Shown: positions 1 to 13,790 of the stretch, in pieces | Position numbering within the stretch: the first letter of the stretch is position 1 | How the letters are laid out: every line of letters starts with the position of its first letter | NCBI RefSeq assembly: GCF_006345805.1 | Contig: NW_021833815.1 | Span: 1 to 64,000, forward strand | Source: Octopus sinensis | Taxonomy: Eukaryota | Direction: 5' to 3' | DNA length: 64,000 bases | Notes under the pieces: generated by a model | Database searches by the model: none | Told to the model about the DNA's origin: nothing | The model's input: the letters and a program-made list of their open reading frames with translations, nothing else | Made by a program: the position numbers and the translations under genes

Positions 1-1499
1 ATAGAGAAAACAACAACGACCCAACACGACGCCCCCCCCCCCAACCCCACCCGATTCCCTCCCACAATAAAACCCTTACAAAAGCATATTCCCCCTCCAC
101 CCCTATTCTTTCTTCTCTCCCGCCCCTCTCCACCAACAGGCTGTTTTAATATGATTAACATCTGCCTTTCAATTCACTTCTTCCCCCACCCAACGCCCTC
201 TTCCCCCCTCTCTCTCTCTCTCTCTCTCTCTTATCTCTTCTTTTCCTCCATCACATCTCTATTCCTCTCCTTCTCTCCTCCTCTCCATTTTTGTCTTTTC
301 TCTCTGTCTCTCTCTCTCTCTTTCTCTCTCATATCCTTCCATTTTTATATCAATCGAACATTTTAAACTAAGGTGGAAGTGAAGGGGTAGGGTTGAAGGT
401 GAAGGAGGAACAATGAGAGGGGGGGTGGAGGCGATGGTGTGGGTTGGAGGGAAAACAACAGAGGTAGAGTGCTTGGTTAATGACAATGATGACGACGACG
501 ATGATGATGATGATGATGATTGGTCAATGATGAAAGATTCGCGTCGTGTAATGATGATGCGGATGAAAATTAAGCTGATAGTTGCAAGGGTGACGATAGG
601 AGCGGTTGTTGTTGTTGTTGTTGTTGTTTAAGCCTAATTAAACAATAACAGGTCTATAATCACTCCAACTGTGGCCATCCAATACTAGTCCTGTTGTGCA
701 AAGATCGCAGAACTACATTCACCGAGGAATCTGATTTTTTAAAGACTGCGAGATTGTGAAGGAGATTTGGCTGTTATTTCAAGTGGATTAAGTATGCACC
801 TAATGGCATCTCCCCTCGCAGCGTCGCTGTTGTTGTTGTTGTTGGGCCTCAACACGAAGTCACTTGTCTCTGCTCCCCCTCACAGCGAGGCACATTACTG
901 TACACACTCCCATCATTGTGTATACAGCGTCACTCTATACACATTCTCACTGTATACACTATATACACTTCATACTGTATACACACTCTATTGCATGAGC
1001 TCCCTCATTATATACATACACCGCTGATGTATACACGCATTCACTATAGGTACAACCTTACTATATATACACTCTCTCCCTCTTTCTCTTTTCTCTCCCC
1101 CTCCCTCGCTCTCTCTGTCTCTCTCTCTCTCTCTCACTTTCAGTTGTCTGAGAAATAAGCATAATTCCACACACACACACACGTACTCATGCTTCTGACA
1201 GAGACAAACACACGCACACACATATATACACGCATATACATGCATCTAACACCCACACACACACACACGTGGAGAAGCATGTTCATACTGAAAGGCAGAA
1301 CTAGTTAAAGGGAGGTGGGGCGGGAACGGGTAGGAACATTGAAGCGTGGAGAAGAGAGGGGGGTTAGTAACTGAATATAATCGGTTGTGTGAACCCCAAT
1401 ATATGACTGGTATGTATCTGATCGACTCCAGCAAATTCGGTCGTGCGCAGGATTTGAACTCACTGTGTCAAGTGGGACACACTATCACTTATTTGGGAA

Positions 1500-2290
1500 A
1501 GCGGAGAGTGCTGGTCGACTACACCGACCCCACCCCCAGTATTTGACTGGTACCTTATTTTATTGATCCTCGGAAGGATGAAAAACAAAACTGACTTGGG
1601 TTAGATTTGAACTCAGAACATAGTTACTGATTCTACGAAAGATCCCAAGCCTCGGTACACAGGAAGATAATTAGGGTGACGAAAGGTGAGGTGGGTACAG
1701 CGTGTGGACTGAGCGGGTCGAGTCACAGATATTACATTATGGTATTTAGTAAGGTCCTGTTTAACCTTTCACTCGTAGAAGAAGGGCCTCCGAGACAAAT
1801 GGGAAGGAAGGGGTAAAGGGGAAACCTGGTTCGAGGATAACTTCCAGCAAAATGGATGGACTCTGCTAAAAGTACTCAAATTATCCAAAGCATCGGGTAG
1901 TCGTGTTGATCTGGGTGACGGGTTAAGTTTACCACCCGGGTAGGCCTTGGTGGGATTTGAACTCAGAACATAGACCACCCCCTCAGAACAAATACCGCAT
2001 GGTTTCCCATTCAGTATTCATTAAGTTCTTCCACCAATCTAACACCCTCGACTGCTACTTTCCTTTTTTTTTTTATCGATTCCCGAAAAGATGAAAAGCA
2101 ATGTTGACATCGGCGTGGTTTGAACTCAGAACGGCGAGTGTCTGAGCAAATACTGCGTTGCATTCTCCATCCTTTATTCTAACGCCTCTCTTACCGATTC
2201 ATTGCCTGTTATTCACATGCTCCGTGTTCAAAACTCACTGAAGTTTTCTTCCTCCGTTTACCCAGGGGTCAATAGAATCAAGTAATCCTT
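1500..2290. mobile_element. Cluster of degenerate family A SINE fragments (mostly minus strand)
   Basis: Repeated TTTGAACTCAGAAC motifs (~1606, ~1955, ~2119) with GGATGAAA/GTCGAC-like cores. Confidence 0.7.
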
Positions 2291-2549
2291 CACACAGTAA
2301 TCCTTCACACACTTCTGAAGTACCAGTAAAATACTCAGGCAGCGTACCATAGCATACTACTTGGCGAAGAGACAGCGCTGGAAGGTGCCATGAAAATAAA
2401 AATAATTTATATTTTTAAAAAATATTTTAAATTACAAATTAAAATTCTTGAATTTGAAATTTTGCTGTTTAATTTATTTTACAACGAACTATTAAACGAT
2501 TGCCTGTGGTTTAACATATTTGGAAGGCGAGCAAGCCGAGACTTCCAAG

Positions 2550-2950
2550 TCACTGTTAACCTTGTAAAATGAATAAACATATATCCGGGTTAAGTCCCAC
2601 AGCGTAACACTTTGGAATTGTGTCTTCTGCAACATCCTCTTGCCAACCAAAGCCTTGTGAGTAGATTTGGTCGATGGAAACCTCAGAGGAAGCCCGTCGT
2701 GTATATATATATATATATATATACTGTGTGTGTGTGTGTGTGTGTGTGTCCCATTCTATTTGTCCCCCCATTCTAATATATATTGACGATCGGTGCTGAT
2801 TTGGTTGCGTCCTTGTAATCTAGCGGTTCGGCAAATAAACCGTCAGACCTAGTACTAAGCTTAAAAACTGGTTTGGGGTCGATTTGTTCGACTAAACCCT
2901 TGAAGGCGGTGCCCCACCATGGCCGCAGTGCAATGACTGAAACAAGTAAA
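2550..2950 (+). mobile_element. Family B composite SINE (CORE-like head, internal (TA)n(TG)n, conserved 3' half)
   Basis: CCAACCAAAGCCTTGTGAGT...GAAGCCCGTCG-(TA)n(TG)n-TTTGTCCCCC...TAGCGGTTCGGCAAA...GGCGGTGCCCCACCATGGCCGCAGTGCAATGACTGAAACAAGTAAA. Confidence 0.85.
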
Positions 2951-3118
2951 TAATTTATTTGGTATTTTACTCAACTCTCCTAAAATCACTTTTATTTCCT
3001 TTAAGAGTGCAAAAGTGGCGAGATCGAACCCGAGTACGGCGCATCTAGTTCCCTTTTATCGGAATATGGGTATCTTCGGGTTAGAGATGCTCAGGTATGA
3101 TCTATTGTTATTCGTTGT

Positions 3119-3312
3119 AAGGCAACAAGTTGGCAGAATCGTTCGCACGCTGGGAAAAGATGCTTCGCGACGTTTCGTTCATCTTTATGTTCTGAGTTCA
3201 AATTCCGCCGAAGTTGATTTTGTCTTTCAACCCTTTCGGGGTCGATGAAATAAGGACCAGTTGAGTTGCCTCCTCCCCCGAAATTGCTGGCTTTGTGCCA
3301 AAATTTGAAACC
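3119..3312 (+). mobile_element. Family A SINE with alternative tail (...GGCTTTGTGCCAAAATTTGAAACC)
   Basis: TGGCAGAATCGTT head, GAGTTCAAATTCC B-box, CCTTTCGGGGTCGAT core. Confidence 0.85.
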
Positions 3313-3577
3313 AGTAAAATTATTTGTTGTAGTGGCACTAGTGGTGATGTTGATGGCGGTGGTGGTGGTGGTGGTGGTGGTTGTGATAGAGGTGAGGTGG
3401 GATGTAAGGAAGCTAGTGTTTACTGCTGTAAAACTCTGTTGTAGGAAGAGACGGACAGACAGACAGTGCCAACATCGATCGTTTGTTAAAGACGTTCTCC
3501 AGCAAATATTTACACTCGCCACATCTCCAGACTTTAGCATCCTCATCCTTTATTGGTCAGCCTCCAATTGCTTTACA

Positions 3578-3615
<38 letters not shown>

Positions 3616-3701
3616 GTCTTTCTCTCACTTCCAACTGTTGCCGTCTACTTCTCTCTTTATACCCATCTATCTATCTATCTGTCTGTCTGTTTGTCTGTCT
3701 G

Positions 3702-3756
<55 letters not shown>

Positions 3757-3761
3757 GTCTG

Positions 3762-3800
<39 letters not shown>

Positions 3801-3841
3801 GTCTATCTGTCTATCTGTCTGTCTGTCTGTCTATATATGCA

Positions 3842-3873
<32 letters not shown>

Positions 3874-4242
3874 TCTATATCTATCTACCTACCTATCTAT
3901 CTATCTATCTGTCTGTCTGTCTATCTGTCTGTCTGCCTATCTGTCTATGTATCTGTCTGTCTGTCTCTCTCTCTCTCTCTACCTATCTATCTCTGCCTAT
4001 CTATATCTATATCTATCTATCCACTTACCCACACCCGTCTAACTATCAAACTAACCCTCACCTCAAACAGCCTGATACCCCGTCTGTCGTCAGACAATAC
4101 TTTAAAAATGTACTTCTTGTTTGCTTTCAAACATTGTTCGTTGTAGTAGCAGCAGTAGCAGCGGCAGCAGCAGTTGTACTTTGGTGGTGTTGGGTAGAAT
4201 AAAATCCACGTTATTTATGCCTGCGTATTATAAATATATATA

Positions 4243-4387
4243 TGCGCAGGTGTAACTGCGTGGTAATGAGTTTGTTTCCTAACCACATGGTTCCGGGTTC
4301 AGTCCCACTGCGTAGCACCGTGGGGCCGACTAAAGCTTTGTTAGTGGATTTGATGGACAGAAACTGAAGGAAGCCCGTCGTATATGG

Positions 4388-4443
<56 letters not shown>

Positions 4444-4630
4444 ATGTGTGTGTATTTGTCCCCCACCACCACCATTTGACGACTGGTGTTGGTTTATGTA
4501 CGTCCCCGTAAGCTAGCTGTTCGGCCTAAAGGACCGATAGAATAAGTACGAGGCGTAAAAAGTCAGACTGAAATTCTCCGAGGTGGTGCCCCAGCATGGC
4601 CGCACTCTAATGACTGAAACAAGCAAAATA
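4243..4630 (+). mobile_element. Family B composite SINE
   Basis: GCGTGGTAA...AACCACATGGTTCCGGGTTCAGTCCCACTGCGT...GAAGCCCGTCG-(TA)n(TG)n-...CCCCAGCATGGCCGCA...ATGACTGAAAC. Confidence 0.88.
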
Positions 4631-5149
4631 AAAGTGAATACCTCCACACACTCACACATACCCAACAGTTATAAACCTCTTCCAAAATTCATTTTTATTC
4701 AAAATTTTATTCACACAATCGTTCTATTGTTCTGGTCTTGGTATTCTCCGGTGTTATACGGGTACTATTGGTGTGTGTGTGTGTGGTGTGTGTGTGTGTG
4801 TGTGTGGTGTGTGTGTGTGTGTTTATGTGTGTGTATTTGTCCCCCACCACCACCATTTGACGACTGGTGTTGGTTTATGTACGTCCCCGTAAGCTAGCTG
4901 TTCGGCCTAAAGGACCGATAGAATAAGTACGAGGCGTAAAAAGTCAGACTGAAATTCTCCGAGGTGTGCCCCAGCATGGCCGCACTCTAATGACTGAAAC
5001 AAGCAAAATAAAAGTGAATACCTCCACACACTCACACATACCCAACAGTTATAAACCTCTTCCAAAATTCATTTTTATTCAAAATTTTATTCACACAATC
5101 GTTCTATTGTTCTGGTCTTGGTATTCTCCGGTGTTATACGGGTACTATT

Positions 5150-5151
<2 letters not shown>
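4441..5151. repeat. Direct tandem duplication, ~380-bp period
   Basis: 4441-4771 and 4822-5151 look identical by eye apart from a 1-bp indel (GAGGTGGTGCC vs GAGGTGTGCC); bounded by (TG)n tracts. Confidence 0.95.
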
Positions 5152-5188
<37 letters not shown>

Positions 5189-5611
5189 ATATGTAATGAT
5201 GATGATGCTTAATGTCTTGATAGAAAAATGTTTTAAGAAACTTAATCATCATCATCATCATCATCATCATTATTATTATTGTTGTTGTTGTTATTATTAT
5301 CATTATTATCATCATCATAAAACCTAACCTTAAAAGCATGTATCATCTTTATATGTATGTATGTAGGTATGTATGTAAGTATGTAGGTATGTATGTATGT
5401 ATGTATGTATGCCACGAAGCACGCCAGCCTCCTCTTCCTCCTCCCCATCCAAGCAGCCAACAATAACCCATACAACAATAGCAGCAACAACAACCTCACT
5501 ATCCCTTCTACATTACAATAGCAATCAAATTGTTTTATCTCCGATATTACACCATATTTTCGGGTGTGTTTAATAATCAACTCACATAATATATGTGGTA
5601 CCTCCCACCAC

Positions 5612-5690
<79 letters not shown>

Positions 5691-7644
5691 TATATGTTTG
5701 TCATATGCACAACACAATGTATTGTGGTCCCTCCCACCATTCTAATATATGTGTTTCTGTCATACACAGAACCTCCTACTGCTGTTTTTTACATTAAACT
5801 CCTCCTCCTTCTCCTTCTCCTCCTCCTCCTCTTCCACCTCCTTCTTTCTGCTTCCCTGCTGTCAATTCCTCTCGCAGAACACAATTCCAACAAGGAATGG
5901 TGCTGTCTGTGACTGTGGCAGTATTCCTTGTCTCTCGTTCCACGGAAGAGGAGTGGCTGACTCCCAGAATTTCCTGCTATTTTCTCTTTCTCCATTTCGT
6001 TGTCTCTTACGATCGTATCTTCCTCGCGATCGCTTCGCTTTCCTTCTTCATATTTTTTTCATCCTTCTGGGGTCAATAACACAAAGCCCCAGTCACATAC
6101 TGGGGTAAAAGAAGGAACACCATATTAATCTCTTGGTAGTTGAACCAATGAGAGATCTTTTACATGGTTGCTTCACCTTAATAGAAATAGCAGCCAAAGT
6201 CTCCTGCATTATCTCTGTCTAAGGAAGGATACCTTAGATAATGTTGTTACACAGATCTTTAAATGCACAGGATGGTCACGGTTGGAATACATCAGGTCAA
6301 TCAGTTTTAACCTGGAACTAAGCATCTAAGCAACCCACTACAACAAAGAGCAGCCTGATAATAATAACAGGGAATCATAGACCTGTTGAATTAATGCTGT
6401 TTAACCCTAGGTCATAGGGCTGACCTATAGCAAAGCAACAACGACAACAGCAACAATAGGCGATGGGTAACTAGCCGAAAGGAGGGAGCGACGAACAAAA
6501 TAGTTCACTGGATTTTGCGATGGTTCAATGCGGCTGAAGTTCTGTCTTCACAGTCAATCGCTTTCCCTTTTTGAACTTTTTGGGATGTTTATAAAATAAA
6601 GTACCAGTGATATAATAGGGTTGATTAAATATTCCTATAAACATCATAGATGTGAATGGAACTATGATAAGGATTAAGTCGAAGATCAAGAAAACTCTAG
6701 TGCTCCTCCCCTTCAAATAGTTGGTCTTTTTTTCGGTTTATTTTAGATGTCACGGCGTAGGCCATACTGGAGTCTTGCCTATTACAAATGGCGGTAGATT
6801 GCCAGAATCGGTTGAGCAACGGTCAAATGTAAATAATTTGCTGCATCAGGGTTCAGTTGGCATCAAGGTAGACTTTGCCTTTCAAGTCGTTTGGGGTTCG
6901 GGGGTATCCGGGGATTGAATTAGACATGTACCAGTAATACAGTATATTGACATTAGAATGGCCAATAAAAGCAACTGTTTCTTCTTCCATGTTTTTGATC
7001 CGTCATTTTGGTCCTTTGACACAGACGTGTGCTGAAACATTACAATTACATACGGGAGAAGAGCGCCGCACTAAGTGCCTTAGATAGTTTTGAGCACATA
7101 AGACGTTTGACTCCCGGTGAGGGTCGAAAACACACTTTGTTTTCTGTCAAATATACGCTTTATATTTAATAAGAGCATACCAGTAATACATTGGGACTTG
7201 GCTCAACCTCCCACTGCCACGACAACCACTTCCTATAAGTTACTGTGTTGTGTGAGGCTAGAAATAGATATTATTAATGTAAGCTGGGTGGGATGCTTAT
7301 GGTTATGGAAGGGCAGCGAACTACATAAGCTTACAAAGTTCTAGGGTTAACATTTTTCACCTTTTATGTTGAAATTTCTATGTGTGTGTGTGTGCGCGCG
7401 CATGTGTATTCAAAAATGGTTTCGAGGGATATCTAATTCTAGCGGATACCATGTTCATTCCTAATGGTTGTCAACGCTGGTTAGCCACAGTGAATGTTGA
7501 TGAAACTCAAGTTAGTTAAAAATTTACTCGGTTAATTCCTGACTTGGTAAACCCAAATGTCCTTATAAGGACTGAATAGTTTCTATGCATACATATATAC
7601 ACATACACCCACATATATGTAGACATACATGTATATACATATAT

Positions 7645-7854
7645 AACACTGGTTTCGCATCTATAGTGATCTTCGCAATATAGGAGACTCGTGAGACCTG
7701 CTGGCCGGAGGCACATAACGTCTCTACTGCTGGAGGTAGGAATATAGTTATGGATTTTGAAACCTCCAGTATTAAAGAGGTTATGTGCTTCCGGCCAGTC
7801 GGTCTGACGAGTCGCCTAGAACGCTAAGAGCACAATACATGCAAAACAAATGCT
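7645..7854. repeat. Fold-back element: ~90-bp imperfect inverted arms with 24-nt spacer (MITE-like)
   Basis: 7652-7737 (...TAGGAGACTCGTGAGACCTGCTGGCCGGAGGCACATAAC...TGGAGGT) is the reverse complement of 7762-7847 (ACCTCCA...GTTATGTGCTTCCGGCCAGTCGGTCTGACGAGTCGCCTA...). Confidence 0.85.
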
Positions 7855-7959
7855 AACTCTCTGACCAACGACGACATTAAATATTACTGCTCAAATGATT
7901 TTAGATTTAGAGTGGGCGTTTTTTCGGACTTGTGAACAGCTAACCGATCACACACAAAC

Positions 7960-8263
7960 ATAATGGACTCTCCCATCGTTAGACGATGTATGAGGGTTCG
8001 ACAATGTGTTACCAAACACGGACGATTTGTTTATAGTGATCAAATGTTTGTGTAGGCATAAACTCACTCTCCCTCCATCAAATCAACATTACCTGTACAG
8101 GTGCAACTGGTTGCCACATGTCAGATGTCGACATGATCGCAGAGCAACGTGAAATGAAGTGCGTTGCCCAAGAACACATCCCAACGCACTTTCTGGGAAT
8201 CGAAACCGCGATCTCGCAATCGTGAGCGCAACACTCTAACCACTAAGCCATCCATGCGCCTTC
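7960..8263 (-). mobile_element. tRNA-headed CORE-like SINE (family D)
   Basis: Minus strand GAAGGCGCATGGATGGCTTAGTGGTTAGAGTG...GCGGTTTCGATTCCC...TGTTCTTGGGCAACGCACTTCATTTCACGTTGCTC. Confidence 0.8.
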
Positions 8264-8331
8264 ACACACACACACATACATAACACACACATAATATACA
8301 TACATACATCATATGGATGCATGTATGTATG

Positions 8332-8363
<32 letters not shown>

Positions 8364-8364
8364 T

Positions 8365-8411
<47 letters not shown>

Positions 8412-8439
8412 TACACAGCTATTGGGTTTAGGAATGTTT

Positions 8440-8640
8440 TTGCTTTGAGACGACATACAGGCAAAAGTATTTGTCGTCACGACAGTGAGATCGTAGTTTC
8501 AATTCCCACACCGGATGTGCGTTGCCTTCTTTAGCAAAACATTTCATTTCACATCATTCCAGTCCACTTAGCTGTAAACGGGTCACCATGGAATGGACTG
8601 GTGTTCTGCTCAGAGTGAATGCTAGCCAGTCCACTTCGCC
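8440..8640 (+). mobile_element. Degenerate tRNA/CORE-like SINE, head-to-head with 7960-8263
   Basis: GAGATCGTAGTTTCAATTCCC...AGCAAAACATTTCATTTCAC...CCAGTCCACTTAGCTGTAAACGGGT. Confidence 0.55.
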
Positions 8641-9338
8641 GTTGGAGTGGCCTCATTCAGAAGCTCCAACAATGTGAGGAAGAACATTGTGATTAGTGAT
8701 GTATAACAGCATCTGACAGTCTGGTCGCCAAAGTGGCATGGATGGTCAGTGGGGTAGATTTTGTATCTATAACCCAGGTAAACCGTATGTTATACAACAC
8801 TAATAGAAAATCCAGCTTTAGCCGTGAGTAGAGGCACAAGTCCCTCTTGTATTTTAGGACATTTCTTAATCTTTTATTTTTCTCTTTCCGTCTCCCGTTA
8901 CACACAGCTTTGAATAAATAATATTCCACTCTACCAAACATTATTGAGTCCTTTCCTCCACTTAATTGCCGATTCTCACCATTGACAGGGAAACCATACC
9001 TGTCAGCCCTCACTATTTTAAAATTCTATTTTAGTATACAAAACCCTCAGCCATATTGTGCTACCTGTTGATTATGTGTTCGCATGAGTAACATTACATG
9101 ACTCTACCAAGACACAAAATTACAAAAAAAAAAAAAAATACAAACAAATACACAAATCTACTAGAATCACCTGTTTGTTATCATTGAACATATCTGCAGT
9201 GATCGAAGTTGTTTGGTGGTTGACTAATGGCATTCATTGCAAATTTCTGAAGCTAATAACAATTATATTTTTATAAAGAAAATATTAATTGAGCGTATGT
9301 CGACTGATAACGAATCTACGTCGTTATTATTATTATTA

Positions 9339-9389
<51 letters not shown>

Positions 9390-9742
9390 CATTATATGTT
9401 TTGGTTTAATAGTTTCTTTTTTAAGTAAAACAAAGAAGAATTAAAAATAGCAAAGTAATCAAAGGTATGTTAGTTAATGAGGAGAAACGAGCAGGTAATT
9501 TACTTTCTAATTATAATTGACTTGCTAAATTATCTCCACACATTGCCAGTGGGTTGTAGAATTGTCAACAGGTAAATAAAAACTTTTAGCTTGAGGCGAC
9601 ACACAGACAAACGAATGTAAAATATCTGAGAAAATTCAACTTGGAAACAAATATTTTTTCTCAAGGCGTGTATTACATACATACATACATATAAGTGTGT
9701 GTGTGGATATATATACACACACACATACAAATACACATACGT

Positions 9743-9784
<42 letters not shown>

Positions 9785-9789
9785 TATAT

Positions 9790-9872
<83 letters not shown>

Positions 9873-9954
9873 TAATGTATGTGTATGTATATGTGTTTAT
9901 GTATTATGTGTATATATGTATGTGTGTATATACGCATATATATATGATGATGAT

Positions 9955-10253
9955 AGTCTCCCGTAGTCCAAGAAAGACGGACCTGCAGCTTCATGCGGAA
10001 CAACCAGCACAGAGGATTCGTTGACCAGTGGTCGAATGTGTGTCTTGTGCACTCGCTCAATCCTTCCACCAAATCGACATTGCAAGACAGGTGCGCGTTG
10101 TGCAACAAGTGCCGAACTGATCGCAGAGTTGTAAACGTGAGATGAAGGATTTCGCTCAAGATCACAACTCATTAATCTGTACAGGAACGGATACCACGGT
10201 TTCCCGGTCCTCAGTACAACATCCGGACCAAACCATCAGCCTATGCGCCCTCA
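9955..10253 (-). mobile_element. Degenerate family D SINE
   Basis: Shares TGATCGCAGAG...AACGTGA(G/A)ATGAAG and ATGCGCC(C/T)TCA with 7960-8263; ends in (CAT)n on the minus strand. Confidence 0.6.
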
Positions 10254-10303
10254 CATGTGTATGTAGTGTGTGCGAGCGCGCGTATGTATATATATATATA
10301 TAT

Positions 10304-10374
<71 letters not shown>

Positions 10375-10538
10375 TGTATGTATGTATATGTATAATATAT
10401 ACATATATATAATACATTATATATATATATAAACTATCGCAGTAAAAGCATATGTATGTATATATATATGTATGCATACGTATATATCTATATATGTGTG
10501 TGTATACGTGTATACGTCCATACACATATACATGCACA

Positions 10539-10650
<112 letters not shown>

Positions 10651-10970
10651 ATACTCTTTAATGTATCGTCTTCATCATTAATTAGAATGTTTTTTTCTTT
10701 TAAATATTTATTATTTGTTTCAATAGTTTACCTGGTAAAATATTAAGATTGAATATATTTCACGACAAAAGCCTGTTGTTGGTAATTTTCCAGATGGCCG
10801 CAGGTCAGAGACTGAAACCAGAAATAATTAATAAATAAATAAACATCTTGTTAGAAAATGTATATTTCAATTAAAATATCTAATTAGTGTGTTAATTAGT
10901 AACTTGAATTCTTAGAGACGGCTGAACTGAGTTGTGAGGGAAATTTGTTAATAATAATAATAATAATAAT

Positions 10971-11181
10971 GGTTTTAAATTTTGGCACAACGCCACCAAA
11001 TTCGGGGATGGCCGGGTATTTGCAAGTCGGCAACATCAACCCTAATGTTCAACTGGTACTTATTTTATCGAGCTCGAAATTATGAAAGGCAGAGTCGACC
11101 CCGGCGGCATTTGAACTCACATCGTAAAGTCGGAAGAAATGACGCTAAGCATTTTGTCCGATGCGCTAACGATTCTGTCAG
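10971..11181 (-). mobile_element. Family A SINE
   Basis: GGTTTTAAATTTTGGCACAA tail after (AAT)n, then TTTTATCGA...GAAAGGCAGAGTCGACCCCGGCGGCATTTGAACTC...GCTAACGATTCTG. Confidence 0.85.
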
Positions 11182-12747
11182 GTAATAATATATTTCTTTA
11201 CTACCCACAAGGGGCTAAAGTTTGAACTTTATCCTTTCCTTATATACAGAGAAAAGTTGCTTTTGGTTTGTTGGTGTTTTCTTGTTGCGCCAACCAGTTT
11301 CCCCTTTGCTTGTTTCTACATGTTTTTCTTTTCTTTTAACCTTGCTGTTGTTATTTTATATTAATTTTCTCTATGAAACAGATTTTTCCACTTGTACACA
11401 GAATAGGTATTCAGAAATGGTTAAAATAATTTTTGTCATAGCTCTTGTGTATTTTATCTCCTTCTTTCGACAAGCTACCCTCGGCGATTTCTTTGACAAG
11501 CACTTTGTTCTTATAGAATTGTCACGGCTTTTCATTGTTTCGCTTCGGGTGGTTTTTACAAGACATCATAATGTCAGCAAGATACATACAAGTTTGTCAC
11601 AGCTACCTGGATACCCACAACGTAAAGAACTGGAACAATTATCGCAAAGCATTTTGTGCGATGTAGCATTTCCTCAACTCAACTCCATTGCCCTCGATCC
11701 GAACCTTATTTTACCAACGTTGAAAAGTGAAGAACTCAGAAATTTAAATAAAAATAGAGAATTTCGTCTAAACCTCCAAGAATTCTGTCAATCCTTCGAA
11801 CTCAAAAGTTTCCTTTATTTTATCGAACCCAGAAGGAAGAAAGGTAAAGTTGATCACACCGGGATTTGAACGCAGAACGTGAAAGACTATTTCAAATTAG
11901 ATACTTGATGCTTTTCATAAAATCTATATACCCTTTAATTAATTATAATTAACCAGTAATGGGATCATTTCATGTTTTATTCAGGCGTGGTGTATGGTAG
12001 ACCATGTCTTGCACAACACCTGAGATTATCGCAAACTCATCGACTGGGTCACAGTAAGGTTCCAGATCAGACAACAGCTCGGATAAATTTAATCCTTGAG
12101 CAGATTAAAATAAACCACTGATTAACGGAATCTGTTTTCACTCTGATTGCCACTTCCTCTCGCACGCGAACTCGCATACTTTCTGTTCAACTGTTACACG
12201 TTGTTGAAATATTGTCTCGTCTCATTGTTCTTATATTCTTTTACCTGTTTCTGCCCGCGACCTGTAGCCACGCTGAAGCATCACCATTATTTAAGGAAAC
12301 AAAAGTGTATTTTCATCTTTGAAAAACTGGGAAAAGCGATTTAAGACATCATTCCTCAATATACCCTTCCATTTTTAAGATGAAATTGCGTTATTTGAAG
12401 GAAGATTGGGTTATTTCTAGCAGCTCTAGCAACCATGTACAAGCACAACTATTTTAATGATAAATGAGGGAGTATCTAGGTAGTTTCTCTACTTGCTAAA
12501 AATAGCTGTTTAACTTCTCTTGAACCACGATTTTCCTCCAAACCGCGAAACCCATATCATTATCTTACACACAACTACCGCCACTTTAATTTTAGTAAAA
12601 CACATTAAACAAAATCTTTAACAAGATATTTAAATGAAACAAAAATGTGTAAGAGAAATAATTCATTCAGATTTCTAACATCATAAAGAATTTTACAAAC
12701 TTTCGGGAGAACGAGAAATAGTTCCTTTTTGTTTTTCTTTTCTGATC

Positions 12748-12860
12748 TGAAATAGTGTATCTCGAAGCACACGCATAAAGTTATAAAGGGTTTTCAACCC
12801 AATATTTACATGCTATTGTTTATAGCGTTATGAGTGTGTGCTTCGAGCTATACTATTTCA
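12748..12860. repeat. Inverted repeat (~40-bp arms), probably inside an old DNA-transposon remnant spanning ~12530-13025
   Basis: TGAAATAGTGTATCTCGAAGCACAC...TTATAAA pairs with TTTATAGCGTTATGAGTGTGTGCTTCGAGCTATACTATTTCA. Confidence 0.75.
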
Positions 12861-13109
12861 AAAAACAAAAACAAAAAAATTTCTTATTTTCAAAATGATT
12901 TATAGAATTTGTTATATTAAATATATATTTTAGTTAATCTTATTGAAAGACTTTTTATTTTGGAGAACACCAGAATTTTTTCTACGAAACCCTGAGGTTT
13001 CTTGGAGTCCACTTCGAGAAACAGTTGACCAGACAATATAATCCCTGACGTACAAAAAAGATTGGATGATCACAGTTGGCCTTCGATAACTTGTCAACAC
13101 GATCTACAC

Positions 13110-13368
13110 CCGTGATTCTCAACCATCTCTTACCTATGGACCCTTGTGATCCCTACTTTACTCGGTTGGAGGGGACCCCCATAGCCATTCGACCTTTGAA
13201 ATCTATTATTGTTTCATGATTAAATACTATTAGGAATTGTATCAAAGAATTGTCTCAATATTTTGTTCATTGTAGAAGCGCGGCTGGTTTGTTGCGCATG
13301 AATTTCAACCACAAAATGTTATATGAACCCCGCTCGGGGCCGTATTGGTCTCCGGTTGTGAAGCACGA
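13110..13368. mobile_element. hAT-type (Charlie-like) MITE, degenerate
   Basis: Imperfect TIRs CCGTGATTCTCAACC / GGTTGTGAAGCACGA, internal GGACCC subterminal motifs, left flank ATCTACAC resembling an NTCTAGAN target. The right TSD is not preserved. Confidence 0.55.
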
Positions 13369-13744
13369 GCCTCAACTGGCCGGGCTCTGAACAACAACAA
13401 CAAGTTACAAATGCATTGGCTTTGCATGAAAACTACTTTCTTCCATGTTTTACATTTATTATGTCGACATTGTTATATCGTATTGTAAACTTGGGTTGAA
13501 TTGTAATTATATACAAACAGATTGTATCTAATGAAATATCATTTTACAAAGTGTAATTTCAAATAATTACTTGGCACAAACATATATTAACTTGACAAGA
13601 ACACCTGGGTTTATATATGAAAGCAAAACGTCAACTAACCATTTTCTTAGAGATCACGCTGTGGGGTAGAGCGGGTTCACAGAGTTTCTTCCAGTTCAGC
13701 TGCTACCAATGTATGTATATATATATATATATATATAATGTATG

Positions 13745-13790
<46 letters not shown>

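Noticed and set aside
3266-4202. Long ORFs of 197-258 aa (likewise 13742-14536, 21392-22162, 34591-35235, 61430-62005 and many others)
   Set aside because: They are translations of stop-free microsatellites (IYLS, YI, CV, HT repeats), not proteins.
5889-5932. Small hairpin ACAAGGAAT...ATTCCTTGT
   Set aside because: Only 9 perfect bp plus wobble pairs, too short for a miRNA precursor, and no known motif.
8800-9015. Possible RTE LINE C-terminal remnant (minus strand)
   Set aside because: The similarity (LFKAVCNGRRKE..KRLRNVLK) is too weak to support without an HMM search.
11222-11869. 215-aa non-repetitive ORF
   Set aside because: TTG start, no recognisable domain, both ends overlap SINE remnants, and the T-rich composition explains the lack of stops.
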